Below, one piece after another: positions 57,251 through 64,000 of a DNA stretch of 64,000 nucleotides (within the stretch, counting starts at the first letter, position 1; each line of letters starts with the position of its first letter). The DNA comes from Minisyncoccota bacterium (GTDB lineage Bacteria; Patescibacteriota; Minisyncoccia; Phycocordibacterales; UBA6065): positions 22,841 through 86,840 of the forward strand of contig JBAZUA010000003.1 in the NCBI GenBank assembly GCA_041661645.1, read 5' to 3'. Position numbers and translations under genes: made by a program. The notes beneath the pieces are model-generated. The model worked only from the letters and a program-made list of their open reading frames with translations, searched no databases and was not told where the DNA came from.

Positions 57251-57886
57251 ATGAAAATCACCAAGCTCGGACACTGCTGCCTCCTCATCGAAGCCAAGGG
57301 TAAGAGGGTCATGACCGATCCCGGCAATTACTCGACGGCGCAGAATTCCCTGATGGGCGTCGATTTCGTCCTCATCAGCCACGAGCACGGCGACCATTTC
57401 CACGTTGAGTCGCTTAAGGAGGTTATGAAGAACAACCCTCAGGTGAGAATAATCACCAATCAGAGCGTGGGGAAGCTGCTCGATAGGGAAAACATCCCTC
57501 ACACGATTGTCGGCCACGGCATGATGACCGACATGGCGGGCGTGTCCCTCGTCGGGCTGGGCGTAAAGCATGCAGCCATATACAAATCGGTCGAGGACGT
57601 CGAGAACACGGGATACGTCATCGACGACAGGCTCTTCTATCCCGGCGACGCCTTCACCCTGCCGGGAAGGGAGATCGACATACTCGCCCTGCCCGTGGCG
57701 GGACCGTGGATGAAGATATCCGAGGCCCTCGAGTATGCCTTGGAGGTAAAGCCGAAGAAATGCTTTCCCGTGCACGACGGAAACCTGCGCACTTATGGCG
57801 TGAGCCACAGGCTGCCGACGAACGTCCTGACCTCGGCGGGAATCGAGTTCGTCGCCCTCGAGGAGGGGAGGAGCGTGACCTTTTAA
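57251..57886 (+). CDS. MBL-fold metallo-hydrolase
   Basis: GHCC, TDPG, SHEHGDH, YPGDA, PVHDG. Confidence 0.92.
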   Translation: MKITKLGHCCLLIEAKGKRVMTDPGNYSTAQNSLMGVDFVLISHEHGDHFHVESLKEVMKNNPQVRIITNQSVGKLLDRENIPHTIVGHGMMTDMAGVSLVGLGVKHAAIYKSVEDVENTGYVIDDRLFYPGDAFTLPGREIDILALPVAGPWMKISEALEYALEVKPKKCFPVHDGNLRTYGVSHRLPTNVLTSAGIEFVALEEGRSVTF

Positions 57887-57892
57887 AACAAT

Positions 57893-58167
57893 ATGAGAAC
57901 CATCGAAAAAAGGTCTAGCCGGAGTACTTCCAGGAGATCCTCGGTGGCAGGAAGACGTTTGAGTTTCGACTCAACGACTTTGACATAGACGAGGGCGACA
58001 CTCTCGTGTTGAGGGAGTGGGATCCGAAGGCGAAGGGCTATACGGGCAGGGCGCTCGAAAAGAGGGTTGGCTATGTCGGCAGGTGGAAGACGGATGATCT
58101 GACCAGGTTCTGGCCAAGAGAGGATATCGACGAGAGGGGGATACAGGTGATATCGCTCAAGGACTAG
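57893..58167 (+). pseudogene. DUF3850/ASCH-like gene with in-frame TAG at codon 9
   Basis: MRTIEKKV*PEYFQEILGGRKTFEFRLNDF...GDTLVLREWDP...YTGR; TAG at 57917-57919. Confidence 0.75.
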
Positions 58168-58318
58168 GGTGAATAAAAGCTGCCCCAAGCGCTCCCGTCT
58201 CATTGACTCAACCAAAGATTAGTGTTAATAAGCTAACAGTAGACACTTGTTATTTCACATACGGGTTGGCTCTGAAAGGAAGCCTTGGTGTCCCAAACAA
58301 CACACCTGAAAATCAAGC

Positions 58319-58987
58319 ATGGACTCAAAACTATTCGTCACGTGCGTGAGGCGTCTTCATTCGGTTCAGATCGTCTATCTGACGTTCAGACTCGGACAGG
58401 AGGGCATCGTCGGCCTTCGGCAGTTCGTCTCTCTGGTTGAATCGACGCCCGGCATCCTTGCCGTCGAGCCGGGGCTTTTCCATCTCAAGCGCACGCTCCG
58501 GTCTGGCCCTTGGGAAAACGTCCGGCGGACCGTCATAGTCTATGGATTGGCCCATGCCGATCCCGGCCTTCTGGAACAGATCGCCCCAGGTCTCGATCAC
58601 ATTGCCTCGGTTCAGCACAGAGCGAGCAGGCTCTTCACAAGTAGTCCGTCGGTCAGGCTCGTCGTTGCCGATGCGATACTTGAATTGATTTTGGAACCCA
58701 ATCTTGTGTATGAGATATGGGGATGGGGAGTCGGGATATCGGGGAATTTCAAGGAGATCGATGGCCTGCCGGCAGTCGTGTTTGATCTGTATGACCAGCA
58801 TGACGGAAAGGATCTCCTCAAGATTGCGATTGACGGCTGGTCCGGAAGGATTGGCGTCAACGGGACGTGGGGAGATCGGATGGCAGGTAGTCCAGACGAG
58901 CTCCAGCGGCTTATCCTCTCGGCTCTGGTCGGGCGTCTCGATGCGATGACGGCACCGGGGCAGCCCGTTTCACAGGTTGCACGATAA
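58319..58987 (+). CDS. Hypothetical protein
   Basis: 222 aa ORF followed by a UUCG terminator hairpin. Confidence 0.6.
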   Translation: MDSKLFVTCVRRLHSVQIVYLTFRLGQEGIVGLRQFVSLVESTPGILAVEPGLFHLKRTLRSGPWENVRRTVIVYGLAHADPGLLEQIAPGLDHIASVQHRASRLFTSSPSVRLVVADAILELILEPNLVYEIWGWGVGISGNFKEIDGLPAVVFDLYDQHDGKDLLKIAIDGWSGRIGVNGTWGDRMAGSPDELQRLILSALVGRLDAMTAPGQPVSQVAR

Positions 58988-59135
58988 CCCACCAAGCGGA
59001 AACCCGCTTCGGTGGGTTTCTTTTTTGTTGACTATCGCGTCCACGAGGACTAGTATCTGGTCATCCCTTCGCCATCACGGCCTGGGCTTCCCGCACGGGA
59101 ATCCGTGCATTGATTGTTCCTTAAAAAAGACTTGC

Positions 59136-59855
59136 ATGAAAGCAACCTTATCGGACCAGGCGGACTCCTCTGGACCCGCCACCATACGACAGATTGCCAA
59201 GCTCAATAGGCTTGTTTCAGACCAAAATCCCACGAAAGAACGCATGCAGCGGGCCATGAGGCTCATTCCTGACTTGCTGAAGGCGGATCTCGGCAAGGTG
59301 AGTCGCTATGACCTCTGCAGGCTCGTTGGCAGGGAGCTTCCGTTCGAGGTCCTCGGCGAGGAATTCACCCAGGACCTCGAGTATGGCACGCCCATCCTGC
59401 CGATGCTCGCGTGGCACTATGATAATGACCTCATCCTCCACAGGAACCTCTTTGATCATATGTCGCGAATCATCATGGCCAACGACTATGATGGCCGCCA
59501 TCAGTCTTTCGGAACCCACAGGTTCTTCATGGTGGGGTGTTGCGACGAGTCTGTTCTCAAGAGCTTCGACCTTCGGCCGGCAAATCTCGACGAGCTCTTT
59601 GCGTCTCGGGAGAACATCGCGTGGCAGAAAGTCAAGGTTTCGAGCCTCTCGGCGAGGCACGGCAACTGCTGGCTGAGATACGAGTATGTGAGGGAGTCCA
59701 TAAGGACCTATTCGAGGCTCAGGATCGTCGATCCCTGTGATGACAGGAGGCTTTACGAGGAGGAATATGACGGAAGCCCCCTCCATGGCTCGAAGTGCAA
59801 CACGCCGACCCTCGTCCGGCGGGTGGTTGACCTGACTCAGGACGATGTCGATTGA
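59136..59855 (+). CDS. Hypothetical protein
   Basis: ATG at 59136; LRPANLDELF segment; followed by terminator. Confidence 0.6.
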   Translation: MKATLSDQADSSGPATIRQIAKLNRLVSDQNPTKERMQRAMRLIPDLLKADLGKVSRYDLCRLVGRELPFEVLGEEFTQDLEYGTPILPMLAWHYDNDLILHRNLFDHMSRIIMANDYDGRHQSFGTHRFFMVGCCDESVLKSFDLRPANLDELFASRENIAWQKVKVSSLSARHGNCWLRYEYVRESIRTYSRLRIVDPCDDRRLYEEEYDGSPLHGSKCNTPTLVRRVVDLTQDDVD

Positions 59856-59948
59856 CGAAGGTCGTCTCGAGCGAGCCCGCATCTTCAAGGTGCGGGCTTT
59901 TTTATAAGGAATTCTATGCAAACGAAACCCTCTGATATACTTTCACTC

Positions 59949-60695
59949 ATGAAACTCATAACGCTCAATGCCTGGGGAGGGAGGGTCAGGGAGCCCCTCG
60001 AGAAATTCGTCGATCATCACCGCGACGCTGACACCCTGTGTCTCCAAGAGGTCTATAGGGACCGATATGAGTCGCCCGACAACATTGATCGGTCTAAGGC
60101 GAATTTCAATTTGTATCAGGACCTACAGAAACGCCTCGACGGTCACAATCACGAGTTCTGTCAGATGCTCGGTGGCATATACGGGTTGGCTACGTTCACG
60201 AATGCGGGCGTCGAAGTCATCGAAAGGGGCGAGACCCTGGTCGCCCGGGGCAATTGGCACGAGACTCTCGATCTCAAGAACCGTGACCTTAACAGGAAGC
60301 TGATGTGGTTTGAGGCCAGGATCAGAGGCAAGATGGTTCTCGTCGTGAATACCCATCTCACCCATCGCCCGGAAGGGAAGATGGATAGCGAGAAGCGAAT
60401 TAACCAGTCAAAAATAATCGTCGAGTTTCTCAGGATGTTCGACTGCTCGAAGATCCTGTGCGGGGACTTTAACCTTCTGCCCGACACGGAAAGCATCAGG
60501 GCAATCGAGGCGAGCGGGATGAGGAATCTGGTCAAGGAGTACGGCGTCGAGTCTACTCGCACGGAACTCTATAAAAAGCCCCTCAGGTTCGCCGATTATA
60601 TTTTCGTGTCCCCGGACGTGAAGGTCAATGATTTTAGGGTGTTGCCGGATGTTGTCTCGGATCATTCGCCGCTTTATCTGGATTTTGAGGTATAG
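59949..60695 (+). CDS. Endonuclease/exonuclease/phosphatase family protein
   Basis: TLNAWG, CLQEV, NTHL, CGDFN, DYIF, SDHSPL. Confidence 0.92.
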   Translation: MKLITLNAWGGRVREPLEKFVDHHRDADTLCLQEVYRDRYESPDNIDRSKANFNLYQDLQKRLDGHNHEFCQMLGGIYGLATFTNAGVEVIERGETLVARGNWHETLDLKNRDLNRKLMWFEARIRGKMVLVVNTHLTHRPEGKMDSEKRINQSKIIVEFLRMFDCSKILCGDFNLLPDTESIRAIEASGMRNLVKEYGVESTRTELYKKPLRFADYIFVSPDVKVNDFRVLPDVVSDHSPLYLDFEV

Positions 60696-61285
60696 AACAC
60701 GACGCTGATGATTTTCATCAAGACGATAAGCGCCAGCTGAATGGCGATGTTCACGAATATCAGATTGAGCGCCACCGCGCCTAACCCCACGAGAAGGGGA
60801 GACGAGACGAAGAAAAGGAGGATGAGCACGGGCCAGACGTTTTTCATGTCCTGAATCGATGGGCCTAACATGGCGCCGACATTGAGGAAGAGAAGAATCA
60901 TCACCCAGCTCTGCCATTCCCAGGGGCGAATCTGTGCCAGGAGGCCCAACGGGTCGGTGAGCGCGAACGCGTCCTTGAACAGGAAATGATTCACCAGAAA
61001 GAGGAACAGCAATCCGCCGAATATGGGCGCCGACGATATGAGGGGCTTTCCTATGAGGGGAAGCTTTGGTGTACCGTGCACCACGTGCGGTTCTGACGAG
61101 AATACCTTGAACTCGACGACCCTAGCGCCTGTGGCCAGGCAGAGCAGGGCATGGGAGCTCTCGTGGACGAAGGTGCCGACATAATAGGAAAGTCGGACGA
61201 TGCGATGGTTGAGGTATCGCCAGTTGAGCCAGTTGCTCGCGTAGCCGAAGATGACGATGAGGAGAATGACGAGTCCGAGGCTCAT
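60674..61285 (-). CDS. M50-like membrane metallopeptidase
   Basis: GTFVHESSHAL, ISSAP, PSIQD; multi-TM. Confidence 0.75.
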   Translation of the reverse strand: MSLGLVILLIVIFGYASNWLNWRYLNHRIVRLSYYVGTFVHESSHALLCLATGARVVEFKVFSSEPHVVHGTPKLPLIGKPLISSAPIFGGLLFLFLVNHFLFKDAFALTDPLGLLAQIRPWEWQSWVMILLFLNVGAMLGPSIQDMKNVWPVLILLFFVSSPLLVGLGAVALNLIFVNIAIQLALIVLMKIISVVFYTSKSR

Positions 61286-61336
61286 GATGGGTACAGGATA
61301 CCATGCCTGGCGCGCTGCTGTTATAATGAATTCACC

Positions 61337-62425
61337 ATGAGCGTCTTTTCGGATATAAGGGCCTTCGTCATGAAGTACGAGAGATACGTGTCTCCCGTAA
61401 CTTTGGTTATGGGCTTCACCTTTGACAGCCTGATGCTCAGGAGGATTGACGTCTTCTTCAGCAACGCCCTCCTCATCTCCTACCTTCTCATTGCGGCCCT
61501 TTCCATCCTGATCCTGAACATATCCGTCAGTCGCAGGGAGGAGCAGGACAACAAGGAGACCACCTTCCATCTGATACTCGTCTTCATGATGCAGTTCTGC
61601 TTCGGAGGGCTTTTCAGTGCGTCTTTCCTCTTCTATTCTCGCAGCGGGTCGGTCATAGCGAGTTGGCCCTTTCTCGTCCTCATCCTTGCCTACATGATGG
61701 GCAACGAGTTCTTCAGGAAGAATTACACCCGCCTGGGCTTTCAGGTTGCGACGCTGTTCTCGGCCATTTTCTCATTCCTCATATTTTTCTTTCCGGTGAT
61801 TCTGAGCAGGATGGATGACGCCATCTTCCTTTTGAGCGGCATAGCGAGCCTCATTATTACGGGTTTCTTTGTCTACGTGCTCTCGTGGTTCACTCCGCAA
61901 AGGGTCAAGAAGGGCACACTCATGCTCGTCGGGAGCGTTCTCGGCATATTCGCCCTGATCAACATGCTCTACTTCACCAACCTCATCCCGCCGATCCCGC
62001 TCGCCCTCAAGGAGCTTGGTGTCTACCAGTCCCTTTCCAAATTTCCCGATGGCTCCTATCTTCTGACGGGGGACAGGCGGTCCCTTCTCGACTCGCTTCT
62101 CGGCAGGGCGACGGTTCACGTTGTTGCGGGTGAGCCCCTTTACGCCTTCAACGCCATTTTCGCGCCGGCCAGCCTCTCGACCGACATCGTTCATGACTGG
62201 CAGTACTATGACAAGACGAATGGTTGGGTTACGTCGAGCAGGATCGGGCTCTCCATAGTCGGCGGGCGAGAGAGTGGCTTCAGGACCTACTCGATCAAGG
62301 AAAATCTGTTTCCCGGCAAATGGCGCGTCAACGTCGAGACTGTTCGCGGCCAGCTCATAGGCCGCCTTACCTTCGATCTCGTCCTCTCTGACGCAACCGA
62401 GCAGCTGATTACCGATGTTCGATGA
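61337..62425 (+). CDS. DUF2914-like multi-TM protein
   Basis: IPPIPL, AIFAP, GGRESGFRTYS, GKWRVNVET. Confidence 0.8.
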   Translation: MSVFSDIRAFVMKYERYVSPVTLVMGFTFDSLMLRRIDVFFSNALLISYLLIAALSILILNISVSRREEQDNKETTFHLILVFMMQFCFGGLFSASFLFYSRSGSVIASWPFLVLILAYMMGNEFFRKNYTRLGFQVATLFSAIFSFLIFFFPVILSRMDDAIFLLSGIASLIITGFFVYVLSWFTPQRVKKGTLMLVGSVLGIFALINMLYFTNLIPPIPLALKELGVYQSLSKFPDGSYLLTGDRRSLLDSLLGRATVHVVAGEPLYAFNAIFAPASLSTDIVHDWQYYDKTNGWVTSSRIGLSIVGGRESGFRTYSIKENLFPGKWRVNVETVRGQLIGRLTFDLVLSDATEQLITDVR

Positions 62426-62488
62426 GGGCTTTTTCAAGCTTTGTGGCCGTGGTATGATGGAGGGATAGTCTTAACGTTAATTTCATTT

Positions 62489-63115
62489 ATGAACAAAAAA
62501 GGCATTATTGCTGCGATTGTCGTCATTATCCTCGTAGTCGTCGGCTTCTCCATACTCAAGAAGGGCGACACCGTGTCTCCTACAGGCACGAGCACCCCTG
62601 TCGTCAATTCAGAGGTGCCCGCTGGCGTCACCAAGGCTGACTACACTCCTGTCACCAAGGATTCCACCGATGTGACCCTTTTGGGCAGACTCAAGAAGGC
62701 ATCGGTTGGGGTAAGCGAGGACGGCAGCCGCGTGGCACTCTCTAACGGAACCGGATCATTCTCCATCGAGGGTAGCGCGACCAAGGGAACCGTAACCCTT
62801 GGGGATATCGCCATCGAGAAGGTGAAGGGCTCTCGAAATGACGTCCTCACCACCGTCGCCGTAAACAACGGAGGTTCGACCACCAACACCTACGTCGTCC
62901 TTTTCCAGGATCAGGGCAGCGCGCTCGATGACAAGGCCTACGCTCTCGTAGGTGAGGGGGTTAAGGTCACCGGCATTCGCACTGATGTCGTATCTGATAG
63001 CACCATTGACTACATCGTATCCGTTTCCTACACCGACAAGGCAGGAAAGGCCCATACCAAGATCCTCGTCGTCGAGGCCGGACTCTTCAACGCCTCAAAG
63101 GAGATCAGCCTTTAA
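62489..63115 (+). CDS. Membrane-anchored hypothetical protein
   Basis: MNKKG + TM, beta-rich soluble region. Confidence 0.7.
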   Translation: MNKKGIIAAIVVIILVVVGFSILKKGDTVSPTGTSTPVVNSEVPAGVTKADYTPVTKDSTDVTLLGRLKKASVGVSEDGSRVALSNGTGSFSIEGSATKGTVTLGDIAIEKVKGSRNDVLTTVAVNNGGSTTNTYVVLFQDQGSALDDKAYALVGEGVKVTGIRTDVVSDSTIDYIVSVSYTDKAGKAHTKILVVEAGLFNASKEISL

Positions 63116-63189
63116 TCAGGCCTAGGAATAAGCTTGAAAAACGCCTCACTCTGTTGAGGCGTTTTTCTTTGGGTGCTATAGTCAGTCCC

Positions 63190-64000
63190 ATGCTCATGCT
63201 CGACGGAATAAAGGTTCGGGACTTCCATGTCGGCCGGCTCACCCTGCGGGCCAAGGCCCTTTCGTGCCGGCCGACCCTCGCCTTGTTTCAGATAGGGGAT
63301 AATGCCGAGTCCTCGGTGTATATTCGCCAGAAGAAAAAGTTCGCCGAATTGGTCGGCGCCCTGGTCATCCATCGACACTTCCCGACCGATGTCTCGTTTG
63401 ATGTGGTCGCCCGGGCGATACGCGCTGATAATTTGGATGAGGGCATCCACGGCATAATCCTGCAGCTGCCTGTCCCTCCGCACATTGACGGGGGAGCCCT
63501 CATCGAGGTCATCGACCCTCGGAAGGACGTTGATGGCCTGACCATGGAGAGCCAGGCCCTTCTCGCCGAGGGGAAGCCCCGATTCGTTCCCGCCACCGCA
63601 AAGGCCGTGAAGTTTATCCTCGATTTCTACGGCATTTCCGTGGCCGGCAAGAAGGCGGCAGTCCTCGGCAGGTCAAAGCTCGTAGGTTTGCCTGCATCAC
63701 GCCTGATTCGGTCCATGGGTGCCGATGTCACGGTCTGTCACTCCCAGACGCCTAATACCAGGGAGGTCACCCTCGCTTCCGATATCGTCATCGTTGCCAT
63801 CGGAAAGCCGGGGCTCATAGGTCGCGAATACTTCAAAAAGGGCGCGGTGATCATCGATGTGGGCATAAACAGCGTCATGGGGGAGGCGTCTGCCGGCAGG
63901 AGGCTTGTCGGGGATGTGGATCATGAGGCTGCTGCTGCGGTGGCTTCGGCTATGACTCCCGTGCCGGGCGGGGTGGGTCCTGTGACGGTGCTCTCGTTAT
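63190..64000 (+). CDS. folD: Methylenetetrahydrofolate dehydrogenase/cyclohydrolase (runs off window end)
   Basis: Own translation: SSVYIRQK, HGIILQLP, KDVDG, GRSKLVG, IDVGIN, GDVD, TPVPGGVGPVT. Confidence 0.93.
   Translation, partial: MLMLDGIKVRDFHVGRLTLRAKALSCRPTLALFQIGDNAESSVYIRQKKKFAELVGALVIHRHFPTDVSFDVVARAIRADNLDEGIHGIILQLPVPPHIDGGALIEVIDPRKDVDGLTMESQALLAEGKPRFVPATAKAVKFILDFYGISVAGKKAAVLGRSKLVGLPASRLIRSMGADVTVCHSQTPNTREVTLASDIVIVAIGKPGLIGREYFKKGAVIIDVGINSVMGEASAGRRLVGDVDHEAAAAVASAMTPVPGGVGPVTVLSL

Noticed and set aside
57917-57919. Stop-codon reassignment in this genome
   Set aside because: TAG and TGA terminate conserved genes at expected positions (dnaN, tyrS and polA with TAG; ruvC and pilB also end normally); a single internal TAG is better explained by mutation.

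Overview
Bacterial chromosome segment, most likely a Patescibacteria (CPR, Parcubacteria-like) genome; this is inferred from gene content and family types. It uses the standard genetic code. A housekeeping backbone (dnaN, PBP1A, tyrS, ruvABC, polA, holA, mutM, murE, rpsT, rplS, folD, type IV pilus pilB/M/N/O, 7 tRNAs, a probable 6S RNA) is interrupted by accessory DNA. Two systems stand out. (1) A complete diversity-generating retroelement at 24154-26608: target gene with VR, TR, an avd gene on the opposite strand, and RT. All 23 VR/TR mismatches lie at TR adenines. (2) Tandem arrays of small cargo cassettes stacked at tRNA 3' ends, with no integrase in the window. At least nine copies of an att-like repeat ending in the tRNA-His 3' end (GGCACCC) punctuate 39880-56936. 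A second att-like repeat family, with both arms conserved, punctuates the islands at tRNA-Lys(TTT) and tRNA-Arg(TCT). The repeats keep short antisense reading frames that look like orphaned recombinase C-terminal tails. Cargo includes DGR-target-like paralogues, a pilin with a lectin-type VR-like tip, CoaD-HD/CoaE, oleate hydratase and one cassette that appears to carry only a structured RNA. All calls come from reading the sequence; no database searches were run.
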